The notes under the pieces are model-generated. The model was not told where the DNA came from. It worked only from the letters and a program-made list of their open reading frames with translations, and made no database searches. Both the position numbers and the translations under genes were made by a program. 32,000 bases of DNA from Propionibacteriaceae bacterium. GTDB lineage: Bacteria; Actinomycetota; Actinomycetes; Propionibacteriales; Propionibacteriaceae. Numbering within the stretch: the stretch's first letter is position 1; each line of letters starts with the position of its first letter. The stretch covers positions 1 through 32,000 of the forward strand of contig JAIRQE010000014.1 in assembly GCA_031256725.1 (NCBI GenBank). The letters are read 5' to 3'. This document shows, in pieces, positions 14,931-24,476 of the stretch.

Positions 14931-15815
14931 ATGGCATCAGATGATTTGACACCGAATGTGAATGACCCCGAGGAAGGGGACACATCTAGTCGATCCTCTT
15001 CACGTTCCTCCCGTTCATCGCGACGTACTACTGGGGAGGGATCCTCCAAACCTTCTTGGACTCCACGCAGTGACACCGACATTGAGAGAACTCTCTCAGG
15101 TGATGACTCCGCGCCTACGGACACTTTTAGGATGATTGGCCCTGATGGTGATGAGGACGTGGAGGAGGAGCCCAAGAAGAAAAAGAAGGGTGGGTTACTC
15201 ATCCTCCTTCTCTCTTTGGCGCTCATCATTGGTGGTGCAACCATCGGCGTACTTTCTTTCATGCCTAAGCCGAATCAAGCCGATGCTCCACGCGATATGG
15301 ATGGCAATATCGTGGTCCCTGATGACCCGAGGGCTCTGTCTTCAGAGTTCCTTGAGGCTGCTGATATGAGGGTTGATGATGGTGGCAAGGGGTTCAAGAT
15401 TCCTGCAGTACAGTTGAACGTACCCCTCGGTTCTGTTAACGCTGTTGATGGCGAGATGAATCCCCCGAATTATTCTTCCTCATTCGTCATCCGCAACATG
15501 GGGGTTCCCCTCACCGATGCCCAAAATGGAACGGTCTACATGGTTGCCCACGCCACAGCCAGGGGCAGGTCTCCAGGGAACTATATCCAGAAGGATTCTG
15601 AGGTACTCCTGAAACCTGGTGACTTCATTGAGGCCAACAATCGCGTGTACTCCTATGTGAGGCATGTGATTGTGAATAAGAATGTCATTGCAGACGTACC
15701 AGACCTCTGGGATGCTTCTATCCCTGGTCGCCTGGTTTTCATCACCTGTCAGGTGCGTCCGACAGGCGGCATAGCGGTCAATAACATTGTTATCATCGCT
15801 GAGTTGGTTTCCTAG
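14931..15815 (+). CDS. Sortase-fold transpeptidase candidate (class F-like) with a long disordered cytoplasmic N-terminus
   Basis: Ser/Arg and acidic low complexity, KKKKK, one TM helix, then an extracellular domain. That domain carries TVYMVAHATARG (His), LKPGDFIE...YSYV and GRLVFITCQVR (TC Cys) in the usual sortase order. Confidence 0.62.
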   Translation: MASDDLTPNVNDPEEGDTSSRSSSRSSRSSRRTTGEGSSKPSWTPRSDTDIERTLSGDDSAPTDTFRMIGPDGDEDVEEEPKKKKKGGLLILLLSLALIIGGATIGVLSFMPKPNQADAPRDMDGNIVVPDDPRALSSEFLEAADMRVDDGGKGFKIPAVQLNVPLGSVNAVDGEMNPPNYSSSFVIRNMGVPLTDAQNGTVYMVAHATARGRSPGNYIQKDSEVLLKPGDFIEANNRVYSYVRHVIVNKNVIADVPDLWDASIPGRLVFITCQVRPTGGIAVNNIVIIAELVS

Positions 15816-15829
15816 TATCAAGCATTAAC

Positions 15830-15859
15830 AGCGCCCTGGCCATATCCGGTCAGGGCGCT
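15830..15859 (+). terminator. Stem-loop terminator candidate
   Basis: AGCGCCCTG - 12 nt loop - CAGGGCGCT forms a 9 bp stem followed by TGTCTTT. It lies 15 nt after the stop at 15815. Confidence 0.6.
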
Positions 15860-16074
15860 TGTCTTTACCGAAGAGCGAATACCTCAGGGTTTCCCCTCTG
15901 AGCGAGATGAGAATATGGGAGTTCGAGGGGTTGTTGCGGCAAGGTTTAGGGCTGATCTGACGAGGTCTCTCGCATTGATCACGAACTACTAGGCGTTACG
16001 GAGATGCTAGAAACGCAAGTAACGTTGGATGACTATGAGAAGCGGATTGCTCCGGTTGCCGACCTTCCCCCTCG

Positions 16075-17916
16075 TTATGAGAGGGTACGACGCGCAGCAC
16101 CTTTGTCTGCTGACTGGGCTAGGGCGGCATAGACCTTCAACGCATTAGAAACAGGGCGTACACGAGTGGCTGGGTTCCACCCTTTCGCATCCTGTTCTGC
16201 TCGACGTTCGGCTAGTTCCTCGTCGCTGACCTCAACTGTGATGGATCTTTCGGGGATCGAAATGGAGATGATGTCCCCATCGTGAATCAGGCCAATGGCG
16301 CCACCATCTGCAGCCTCCGGGGAAATGTGACCGATGGAGAGTCCCGAGGATCCGCCAGAGAAACGACCGTCAGTGATGAGCGCGCATTGCGGGCCAAGGC
16401 CCATACCTTTGAGGTACGCCGTGGGGTAGAGCATCTCTTGCATTCCCGGGCCGCCCTTGGGGCCCTCGTACCGGACCACAACCACATCCCCAGGTTTGAT
16501 ATGCCCACCGAGGATGGCATCGACCGCATCCTCTTGGGATTCCATGACCCGTGCGGGTCCAGAGAAACTCCATTGGGCTTCTGGTACCCCTGCTGTCTTG
16601 ACGACTGCCCCGTCAACAGCGATATTCCCGGTGAGGATAGCGAGGCCGCCATCCTTGCTGTAGGCGTGGGCCATGTCACGGATACATCCCTCGGCTGAAT
16701 CAGTGTCAAGGGTCTCCCATCTGGCTGAGGTTGAGAAGGGTTCAGTGGTACGAACGCGCCCCGGGGCGGCATGGAAGAGTTCAATGGCGACCGGATCGGG
16801 ATTGGTGGAACGGATATCCCAGGTGGTCAGCCAGGATTCAAGGTTGGGAGAGTGGATGGAACTCACATCAGCATTCAGGAGGTTTCCACGCTGGAGTTCA
16901 CCCAGGATCGCTGGGATACCACCTGCGCGGTGAACATCCTCCATGTAGTAGACCCTGGAATTGGGTGCCACCTTCACAAGACAGGGGGTTTGACGTGAAA
17001 GTTCATCAATGTCGGCTTGAGTGAAATCGACTCGGGCCTCCTGGGCGGCAGCCAGAAGATGGAGAATCGTATTCGTTGAGCCACCCATCGCGATGTCCAT
17101 TGTCATCGCGTTGAGGAAGGCCTCCTTCGTGGCGATCGACAGGGGGAGTACCGAAGAGTCGTCCTCGTCGTACCATTTCTTGCACAGATCCACGATGAGG
17201 GCTCCGGCTTGCTCGAAGAGGGCGCGCCTTGATGTGGATGTGGCGAGGGTGGAACCATTGCCGGGCAATCCAAGACCGAGAGCTTCGACGAGGCAGTTCA
17301 TGGAGTTCGCAGTGAACATTCCTGAGCAAGACCCACATGTGGGACAGGCCGCCTGCTCAATTTGGGCAACCTTGTCATCGTCGATGGTGGAATCCACAGA
17401 GGTGATCATGGCGTCGATGAGGTCTAAAGCGGTCTCGGTTGTCTCGCCAGCAAAAGAGGTACGTCCTGACTCCATGGGCCCACCGGAGACAAAGACGCTG
17501 GGGATGTTGAGTCGAAGGGCTGCCAGGAGCATCCCGGGGGTGATCTTGTCGCAGTTCGAGATGCAGACGAGGGCATCGGCTTGATGGGCATTGACCATGT
17601 ACTCCACCGAGTCGGCGATGATTTCGCGGCTGGGAAGGGAGTACAGCATCCCTGAGTGACCCATGGCTATCCCGTCATCAATCGCGATGGTATTAAACTC
17701 TCGACCGACCCCGCCAGCCTTGGCGATGGCATCGCATACGAGGGTGCCCATATCTTTGAGATGGACATGGCCTGGTACGAATTGGGTGAAGGAGTTCGCC
17801 ACCGCAATGATCGGCTTCCCGAAATCTGACTCCGTCATTCCTGTGGCCCGCCATAGTGCGCGGGCGCCAGCCATGATACGACCTTCAGTCGTGGTACGAG
17901 AGCGAAGCTTGGGCAT
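16075..17916 (-). CDS. ilvD: Dihydroxy-acid dehydratase
   Basis: [13 protein letters not shown]..., [17 protein letters not shown] and TDGRFSGGS signatures. ATG 17916 is preceded by AAGGAGG. The ORF-track start 17940 is 8 codons upstream. Confidence 0.95.
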   Translation of the reverse strand: MPKLRSRTTTEGRIMAGARALWRATGMTESDFGKPIIAVANSFTQFVPGHVHLKDMGTLVCDAIAKAGGVGREFNTIAIDDGIAMGHSGMLYSLPSREIIADSVEYMVNAHQADALVCISNCDKITPGMLLAALRLNIPSVFVSGGPMESGRTSFAGETTETALDLIDAMITSVDSTIDDDKVAQIEQAACPTCGSCSGMFTANSMNCLVEALGLGLPGNGSTLATSTSRRALFEQAGALIVDLCKKWYDEDDSSVLPLSIATKEAFLNAMTMDIAMGGSTNTILHLLAAAQEARVDFTQADIDELSRQTPCLVKVAPNSRVYYMEDVHRAGGIPAILGELQRGNLLNADVSSIHSPNLESWLTTWDIRSTNPDPVAIELFHAAPGRVRTTEPFSTSARWETLDTDSAEGCIRDMAHAYSKDGGLAILTGNIAVDGAVVKTAGVPEAQWSFSGPARVMESQEDAVDAILGGHIKPGDVVVVRYEGPKGGPGMQEMLYPTAYLKGMGLGPQCALITDGRFSGGSSGLSIGHISPEAADGGAIGLIHDGDIISISIPERSITVEVSDEELAERRAEQDAKGWNPATRVRPVSNALKVYAALAQSADKGAARRTLS

Positions 17917-18064
17917 GTAATCCTCCTTGGATGAAGTCATGTGTATTCAAGAATACGCGATCCGAGGCGAATACCATGTCATCCTGTGTACAGTCGCAGG
18001 ATGCAGATTCTGAAGACAATATGATAGTAGGTGATTGTGGCAAGGGTGCCACCTGGATAGGAAT

Positions 18065-18298
18065 TTACGGGACCACAGGCCCAGATGATAGTGGTTGACC
18101 AGAATATAGAAGTGCAGGAAGTGCGATCACTAGCGCCCATGCAGGTTTTTCCCAGGATTTATTGATCAGTAGGTAGGGTATGGATGTACAACCAGCCCAC
18201 AGGATCACGTGAAGAAAAGTAGCAAGACCTAGGTTCAAATCAGACGAGCATAATATAAAGATAGTATATCTAATTCCAACTTCCAGTTGGGGGAGCAC
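18065..18298 (-). CDS. Possible small two-helix membrane protein (77 aa) in an AT-rich spacer
   Basis: An ORF with a GTG start and two hydrophobic segments. Codon usage is atypical (ATA, TTA, AGA), and there is no RBS or recognisable motif. It may be spurious. Confidence 0.3.
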   Translation of the reverse strand: MLPQLEVGIRYTIFILCSSDLNLGLATFLHVILWAGCTSIPYLLINKSWEKPAWALVIALPALLYSGQPLSSGPVVP

Positions 18299-18324
18299 CC
18301 GACACCTAGAAACTCCGACTGCCG

Positions 18325-18330
18325 TACAAT
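18325..18330 (+). promoter_or_regulatory. TACAAT -10 box 6 nt upstream of the tatD ATG (probable leaderless transcript)
   Basis: TACAAT at 18325-18330 and ATG at 18337, with no Shine-Dalgarno. Confidence 0.35.
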
Positions 18331-18336
18331 GACACC

Positions 18337-19194
18337 ATGATCGACCTCGCTGAACTCAGGTTGCCCGCACTGCCTGAGCCACTGCCAGTGCCAACTATTG
18401 ACGCGCACACCCATCTGGATTCTGTAGAGGAACGTACTGGCTTGTCAGCCGAGGATTCTTTGGCCCTGGCTGACCAGGTGGGGATCCATTGGGTCATTCA
18501 GGCTGGGGATACTGTTCAGGATTCTCAATGGGGGGAGGCCTTAGCACAGCGCCATCCGCAGGTGATCGCGTGTGTGGCCTTGCATCCCAATGAGGTCGGA
18601 CGTCATCCTGAGCGCTACGAAGAGGGGTTCGCCGAGATCACGAGGCTCGCTCAAGCCGGGGATCATGTACGCGCCATCGGGGAGACTGGGTTGGATTACT
18701 ACAGGATCACTGGCCCTGAGGCCCAGGCCCGCCAGCGGGAGGCTTTTGCTCGACACATCAGGTTGGCCTGTGATCTGGGGCTGACTTTGATGATCCACGA
18801 CCGTGATGCCCATGAGGATGTACTAGCGATCCTTGATGATTGCCCGAAACCTGAGCGAGTTGTTCTCCATGCATTCTCGGGGGATTCCGACTTTGCTGTG
18901 GAGTGTACGCAACGGGGCTACTGGCTGAGTTTCCCGGGTGTCATCACCTATCCCGCGAACCATCATCTTCGTCGGGCATTGGCTATGACTCCTGCTGAGA
19001 AGGTACTTGTGGAAACCGATGCCCCCTATCTGACGCCTGTACCGGCGCGAGGTAAAGCCAATGGCCCCTATCTTACGCCGTACACTGTACGGTTCATTGC
19101 TGAGCAGCGACAGTGGGATCTCGAAGAAACCTGTGTACGTCTGCGTGAGAACGCCTTCGCCGCTTATGGTGGTCCCTGGGGTAGCGATGCCTGA
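18337..19194 (+). CDS. TatD-family metal-dependent hydrolase/DNase
   Basis: IDAHTHLD near the N-terminus, plus GETGLDYY, LMIHDRDAHED and ETDAPYLTP motifs. Confidence 0.9.
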   Translation: MIDLAELRLPALPEPLPVPTIDAHTHLDSVEERTGLSAEDSLALADQVGIHWVIQAGDTVQDSQWGEALAQRHPQVIACVALHPNEVGRHPERYEEGFAEITRLAQAGDHVRAIGETGLDYYRITGPEAQARQREAFARHIRLACDLGLTLMIHDRDAHEDVLAILDDCPKPERVVLHAFSGDSDFAVECTQRGYWLSFPGVITYPANHHLRRALAMTPAEKVLVETDAPYLTPVPARGKANGPYLTPYTVRFIAEQRQWDLEETCVRLRENAFAAYGGPWGSDA

Positions 19195-20023
19195 ATATCT
19201 TGACGCGAAAAGAATCCGAGCCCTCGCCAACGAACTCGACCTCAAGCCCTCCAAGGGACGGGGTCAGAACTTCCTCTTCGATGGAAACACGGTACGCCGG
19301 ATCGTCGGATTTGCTGGAGTCACCGAGGCCGACACAGTCCTCGAAGTGGGGCCTGGGCTGGGGTCTTTAACTGTTGGTTTGCTTCATATGGGCGCCCACG
19401 TTGTCGCAGTAGAAATTGAGGAATCCCTGGCCCACAGACTACCTACGACCATGGGTGAACTAGTGCCCGACAAGGTATCAAACCTCACAGTCGTCGAAAC
19501 CGATGCCCTCAGGATGACCAGCCTCACTCCCGAACCCACAGCCCTAGTCGCTAACCTTCCCTACAATATTTCTGTCCCAGTGATCCTCCATATCCTGGCA
19601 ACCTTCCCATCGATCACCCGGGGTCTAGTGATGGTACAGCTTGAGGTAGCTGACCGTTTAGCTGCCCCCCCAGGATCCAAGGTCTACGGAGTACCCTCAG
19701 CAAAACTAGCCTGGTACGCCTCCTCATCCAGAGTAGCCACTGTCCCAGCAACCGTCTTCTGGCCAGCCCCCAATGTCGAATCCGGTTTGGTCAGCTTCGA
19801 GCGCCGTACCCCCCCAGAAGGTGCCGACCGACAAGCCACCTTCACCCTCATAGATGCCGCATTTTCCCAACGAAGAAAGATGCTCCGCTCCGTACTGTCA
19901 AAGAAATACGGCCCACAAATCCACGAAGCCCTAGCCCAAGCCGGAATCCCCCCCGAAGCCCGAGGAGAAACCCTCTCTATACATGACTTCGCCCGACTAG
20001 CAACCCTGTTGACCCAGGAATGA
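19187..20023 (+). CDS. rsmA: 16S rRNA (adenine1518/1519-N6)-dimethyltransferase
   Basis: GQNFL, EVGPGLGSLT, NLPYNIS and FSQRRK motifs. ATG 19187 overlaps the end of tatD by 8 nt. The ORF-track start 19061 lies inside tatD. Confidence 0.92.
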   Translation: MPEYLDAKRIRALANELDLKPSKGRGQNFLFDGNTVRRIVGFAGVTEADTVLEVGPGLGSLTVGLLHMGAHVVAVEIEESLAHRLPTTMGELVPDKVSNLTVVETDALRMTSLTPEPTALVANLPYNISVPVILHILATFPSITRGLVMVQLEVADRLAAPPGSKVYGVPSAKLAWYASSSRVATVPATVFWPAPNVESGLVSFERRTPPEGADRQATFTLIDAAFSQRRKMLRSVLSKKYGPQIHEALAQAGIPPEARGETLSIHDFARLATLLTQE

Positions 20024-20042
20024 TGAGGGAAGTGATGCAGGG

Positions 20043-21338
20043 TTATGGCTTTGCAGGGTCTTGCGGGTTAGGCTCTGGGGCGTACAACTGACTGGCTGGA
20101 CCACGATCTAGGGCAGTGATCCCGACAAAGATCACGCCAATGATTCCGCAGACAACGCACAGGATGCGGAGGTCTACGATGTCTGCCAGGGGGCCGAAGA
20201 TGAGCATACCAATGGGCACAGCCATAGCTAGCATGAAGTTGATGATCCCCATGGTACGACCCAGGAGATTCTCGGGGATGAGTTCCTGTACCGAGGTCAT
20301 ACCAGCGATGTTGAACCCGGGCACAGTGATCCCAAAGAGGATCATCACGGCCAAGAAAACCCAGATATTGGGTGAGAGACCCAGCCCGATAGAACAGACA
20401 CCCCACAGGGCGGTGGTGACCAAGGCTAGGGTCATACGGTTCTTGGGGCCACCCCAGACGGCGAGGATTCCACCACCGACAATCATGCCGATACTCCAAC
20501 CCATCTCAACAGCCGCCAGCATCCACTCCTCCGGGCCGAAGAAACGTACCACCATCACGGGGCTCATATTGGCGGGTGCGAGAACGATCACGAACATGAA
20601 CAGCATGAGGATCGCCAAACGTCGAAGGGGTGGGATCGCCATGGCATAACGCCCAGCCTCCATCATGTGGGTGACGTATCCCTTGAGTCCTTCAGGTGCA
20701 GCGATGGCATTCTTGATCTTTGGGATGGTGATGAGTGCCACACATCCGATCCCAATCAGTGCAGTGAATGCGTCAACGAAGAGGATGTACCCCAAAGGAA
20801 TATAGACAAGCAGCAAGGCCCCAACCGCTGGGCCCGCGATATAGGTCAGCCCTGTGAGTGTGGCCGAAATCGAGTTGACTCGAAGAAGTTTGTCTGGTGG
20901 TACCAACTGCGGAATAGCAGCACTCACCGCAGGAGTTTGGATGCCCCCTGCAAGTCCACGAAGACATAGGACCGAGGCGATGATCCACAGTTTGTCGTAG
21001 CCAGACAGGAGTACGAAAGCCAGGACGACCGTCCATAAGGCGACAAAGAGGTCAGCTCCGATCATCAATGCCTTGCGTGAATACCGATCAGCCCAGACCC
21101 CACCAGGGATGGTCGTGATCGCCAGCGCCAGTTGCGAGGCGATGAAGAGCAAGGCGTACTGCCACCCCGAGCCTGTCTTGAGGGTGACGTACCAGATCAC
21201 CGCATAGCCCACCACAGCCGACCCAAACAACGACAGTGTCTGTCCTGTTAGAAAGATCGCTATCGTACGCATCCAATGGGGGTACTGCGTATCCTCGGGT
21301 CCAAAATGGGTCTCGAAACTGGTTGGCGGGGTAGTCAT
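20043..21338 (-). CDS. MFS transporter (12-TM drug/siderophore-exporter-like)
   Basis: 431 aa and highly hydrophobic. The loop motif GGVWADRYSRK between TM2 and TM3 is typical of the MFS. Confidence 0.87.
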   Translation of the reverse strand: MTTPPTSFETHFGPEDTQYPHWMRTIAIFLTGQTLSLFGSAVVGYAVIWYVTLKTGSGWQYALLFIASQLALAITTIPGGVWADRYSRKALMIGADLFVALWTVVLAFVLLSGYDKLWIIASVLCLRGLAGGIQTPAVSAAIPQLVPPDKLLRVNSISATLTGLTYIAGPAVGALLLVYIPLGYILFVDAFTALIGIGCVALITIPKIKNAIAAPEGLKGYVTHMMEAGRYAMAIPPLRRLAILMLFMFVIVLAPANMSPVMVVRFFGPEEWMLAAVEMGWSIGMIVGGGILAVWGGPKNRMTLALVTTALWGVCSIGLGLSPNIWVFLAVMILFGITVPGFNIAGMTSVQELIPENLLGRTMGIINFMLAMAVPIGMLIFGPLADIVDLRILCVVCGIIGVIFVGITALDRGPASQLYAPEPNPQDPAKP

Positions 21339-21421
21339 CGCTACAGGCTATCTTAGAAACCGGTACTTGTCGTCATACATTGTCATTCTGCACGAAGTTG
21401 CATCGTGATGTCTTTGTTGTG

Positions 21422-21437
21422 GATGTACCCCACCCTC
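21422..21437. repeat. Isolated terminal arm of the palindromic repeat family (copy C)
   Basis: GATGTACCCCACCCTC matches the right arm of copy A 16 of 16. A possible degenerate partner, GGCGGGGTAGTCATC, lies at about 21325-21339. Confidence 0.55.
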
Positions 21438-21638
21438 CGCTTGATGCTAGGCCCATCGTTATCGGTCAGCGTAGTTCTTCACCTAGAAGTCGTGTTCCCA
21501 CACTCCGCTCAAGTACGAAGAAACTGCTGTGATTCTTAACGGTGGCGGAGTTTAGACGGTTTTAGGGATAGGAATGGCTGCCAAAGTCTGCACCGTGAGA
21601 AGAATCCATTGATGAGGGTTTGGTAGCGGAGTTGTACT

Positions 21639-22115
21639 TTAGGAGTTCTCTTTGATCCAGTCAAGTACCCCAGGCATGGCAGTTTCAAGCTCTTGGCGGG
21701 TCACCTCGAAACCGGAGGCAGGGCCGTACCATGGGTCGTCGATGCCGGATCCTGGGGTTGCCTGGGGATTAAAGTCAGTCATGAGTGCCAGGTTGTTGGC
21801 GTCAGGGGTGATTCGACGAATGCGGGTCGCATGGAGTTCCTCCATGCACACAATCAGATCGGCATCGGCAATCTCTTGGGGAGTGATCAGGTGGGCTCGA
21901 TGGTTGGAGAAACGGTACCCAGCCGCCTGAAGTACCTTCGCAGCTCGTGGGTCGATGGGGTTGCCTAGCTCATCTGTGGCTGTCGCAGCAGAGGTGAACA
22001 CCACATTGGTGATGCCTGCATCGGCGGCCATCTTTTCGGCGATCCGCTCAGCCATGGGCGACCGGCAAATATTGCCCCAACACACGAAGATGACCTGAAG
22101 ATCCTTTGTACTCAT
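21639..22115 (-). CDS. Low-molecular-weight protein-tyrosine phosphatase
   Basis: The P-loop [16 protein letters not shown] (CX5R-S) lies near the N-terminus and a DP motif (IDDPWYG) near the C-terminus. 158 aa. Confidence 0.9.
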   Translation of the reverse strand: MSTKDLQVIFVCWGNICRSPMAERIAEKMAADAGITNVVFTSAATATDELGNPIDPRAAKVLQAAGYRFSNHRAHLITPQEIADADLIVCMEELHATRIRRITPDANNLALMTDFNPQATPGSGIDDPWYGPASGFEVTRQELETAMPGVLDWIKENS

Positions 22116-22189
22116 CCATCGATTCTCTCATAAGTACCCCCACCAAGGCAGAGACTGCTACCATGAGTCTTTTCCCGGAAAGGAAAGCC

Positions 22190-23185
22190 ATGAATCTCAA
22201 GGGGCGTCACTATCTTAAGGAACAGGACTTCACGCACGAGGAGTTCACGTACCTCATCAACCTTGCCAAGGATCTCAAAGCGGCCAAGAAGGCTGGGACG
22301 GAATCCAGACAATTGACAGGCAAGAATATCGCATTGATTTTTGAGAAGACCTCCACGCGTACCCGATGTTCTTTTGAGGTGGCGGCCTATGATCAGGGTG
22401 CCCACGTGACCTACCTGGATCCGGTGTCGAGCCAGATCGGGCACAAGGAATCCATCGCTGATACTGCACGGGTTTTGGGTCGCTTCTATGACGGAATAGA
22501 GTACCGCGGTTTCGGGCAGATCATTGTTGAGGAACTCGCCAAGTATGCTGGCGTTCCAGTGTGGAACGGGCTGACCAATGAATGGCATCCCACCCAAAGC
22601 CTCTGTGACCTGCTCACCATGAAGGAGCACTGCAACAAGGATTGGAACGAGATCTCCTTCGCCTATGTGGGTGACTCCCGTTACAACATTGGTAACTCCC
22701 TTCTTGTCAGTGGAGCGCTCATGGGAATGGATGTACGCATCGTGGCCCCACAGGGACTCCAGAACTGGCCCCATATCCAGGAGCAAGCCCAAGGGTTAGC
22801 CGCCGAATCTGGGGCACGAATCACCATCACTGACAATGTTGATGAGGGGGTACAAGGGGTCGACTTCATTTATACCGATGTGTGGGTCTCCATGGGTGAA
22901 CCCAAGGAGGTTTGGATGGAGCGCATCCCCATGCTGATGCCCTACCGGGTCACCACCGAAATGATGGAGAAGACCGGCAATCCCAACACAAAGTTCATGC
23001 ACTGTCTACCCGCATTCCACGACCAGAAGACCACCATGGGTGGTGATATCTTGCGCATGGCCGGGATAGAGGATGGCCTCGAAGTCTCCCACGATGTCTT
23101 CGAATCTGACGCCTCCATAGTCTTTGACCAGGCCGAAAACCGGGTACACACGATCAAAGCCGTCATGGTGGCAACCCTGGTTTAA
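22190..23185 (+). CDS. argF: Ornithine carbamoyltransferase
   Basis: [13 protein letters not shown], and HCLPAFH motifs. ATG 22190 (MNLKGRHYL) has GGAAAGGAAAG upstream. The upstream in-frame ATG 22163 is possible. ORF-track start 22106 overlaps the PTP gene. Confidence 0.92.
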   Translation: MNLKGRHYLKEQDFTHEEFTYLINLAKDLKAAKKAGTESRQLTGKNIALIFEKTSTRTRCSFEVAAYDQGAHVTYLDPVSSQIGHKESIADTARVLGRFYDGIEYRGFGQIIVEELAKYAGVPVWNGLTNEWHPTQSLCDLLTMKEHCNKDWNEISFAYVGDSRYNIGNSLLVSGALMGMDVRIVAPQGLQNWPHIQEQAQGLAAESGARITITDNVDEGVQGVDFIYTDVWVSMGEPKEVWMERIPMLMPYRVTTEMMEKTGNPNTKFMHCLPAFHDQKTTMGGDILRMAGIEDGLEVSHDVFESDASIVFDQAENRVHTIKAVMVATLV

Positions 23186-23219
23186 CGAAAAGGCGACAAT
23201 ATTGCGTCGTCTTAGGTAG

Positions 23220-24476
23220 CTAGACCGTGGAAGGCCACGTACTCACTCCCTGTACTAACCTGGTCAGCCCATCATCAAGGATGGACTGTGGGCATGCAAG
23301 ATTGATGCGGATGAACTGGGGGGAGTTGGCTCCGTACTTAGCCCCAGGGTTGATGACAAGGCCGGTGGTTTGGCGCAGATGAGTAGTGAGTTTGGTGGCA
23401 TCTCTGGTCAACCCAGAGCAGTCAACCCATGCTAGATATGTTGACTGACTTGGTACAACGCTGAGTTGTGGAAGCTTATCTGCGATGAAGGATTCCAGAT
23501 GGGCACGGTTGGCCCAGACGTAGTCTCTCATCTGATCTAGCCATTCCCCAGATTCGTTATAGGCGGCGATGGTTGAGACTGCCGCGAAGGTACCAGGCTG
23601 GTGGATTCCGTCACGGTGGAGACCTGTTGCCACTCGGGTCCTCAAAGATGGGGAGGGGATGATGAGAGCGGCCCCCTGCAATCCTGGGATGTTGAAGGAT
23701 TTGGAGGGGGAGATGACCGTAATCGATTCGGGATCAATCTGCACATAGGGGGTATAGGTCACCCCGGGTTCGGTGATGTCGCAGTGGATCTCGTCGGAGA
23801 TCACGAGTACATCATGGGTCCGGCTGAGATCGCGGATGCGGGTAAGCTCGTCCACGGTCCACAGTTGCCCGGTCGGGTTATGGGGGTTGCACAGCAGGAA
23901 GACCTTTGTACCAGGGTCAGCGAACTTTGCTTCAAGGTCATCCCAGTCGACCTCATATCGGGGATGGCAGTTTTCTGGATTCTGCGACTGCGCTTCGCTT
24001 CGCGCAGAATGACAAGAAGGATCACCGCTCCCGTCATGCTGCGCGTTAGTCGCAGTATCCACAGGTACATACCTCAACTCATTGATCACCAAGTTTCTCT
24101 CGGATTCACGGATCAGGATGTAGAAGCAGTCATAGACCGGAGACTGAACGAGTATCCCATCCCCGGGTTCGGTCATTGTACTAACAGCACTTGTCACCCC
24201 TGGTATGACACCGTCACAGAAGCAGATCCATTCCCTCTCCACGTGGGTTCCATAGCGTGTACCCCACCAAGAGATGATCGAGTCAGCAAACTCTGGGGGT
24301 ACAACCTCGTACCCGAAAACACCCAAGCGAAGCTTAGCCTGTACCGCTTCAAGAATGGCTGGAGCGGACGGGAAATCCATATCGGCAACCCACATTGGTA
24401 GTTCATCGGCGCCAATAGACCATTTCATTGAGTTGGTACCCCTGCGGTCAATGACGGTAGCGAAATCATAGAACAT
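23220..24476 (-). CDS. PLP-dependent C-S lyase / aminotransferase, PatB/MalY family
   Basis: IDRRGTNSMKW and WVADMDF are present, and the PLP lysine lies in ISPSKSFNIPGL. ATG 24476 is preceded by AGGAGG. It contains an extra ~36 aa segment (see findings). Confidence 0.88.
   Translation of the reverse strand: MFYDFATVIDRRGTNSMKWSIGADELPMWVADMDFPSAPAILEAVQAKLRLGVFGYEVVPPEFADSIISWWGTRYGTHVEREWICFCDGVIPGVTSAVSTMTEPGDGILVQSPVYDCFYILIRESERNLVINELRYVPVDTATNAQHDGSGDPSCHSARSEAQSQNPENCHPRYEVDWDDLEAKFADPGTKVFLLCNPHNPTGQLWTVDELTRIRDLSRTHDVLVISDEIHCDITEPGVTYTPYVQIDPESITVISPSKSFNIPGLQGAALIIPSPSLRTRVATGLHRDGIHQPGTFAAVSTIAAYNESGEWLDQMRDYVWANRAHLESFIADKLPQLSVVPSQSTYLAWVDCSGLTRDATKLTTHLRQTTGLVINPGAKYGANSPQFIRINLACPQSILDDGLTRLVQGVSTWPSTV

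Noticed and set aside
15860-16074. Small ORFs (17 and 42 aa) and a CGTTAC...GTAACG hairpin between the sortase-like gene and ilvD
   Set aside because: There is no RBS, the 42-aa ORF overlaps the ilvD 3' end on the opposite strand, and the hairpin is weak. Evidence is insufficient for a gene or terminator call.
16282-17584. Multiple 60-190 aa ORFs on both strands inside ilvD
   Set aside because: They are alternative-frame and antisense ORFs within an unambiguous 613-aa dihydroxy-acid dehydratase gene.
22112-22792. 226-aa minus-strand ORF
   Set aside because: It is antisense to ornithine carbamoyltransferase and has no independent support.
23601-24401. 266-aa plus-strand ORF
   Set aside because: It is antisense to the PatB/MalY gene, which carries the PLP-lysine motif.
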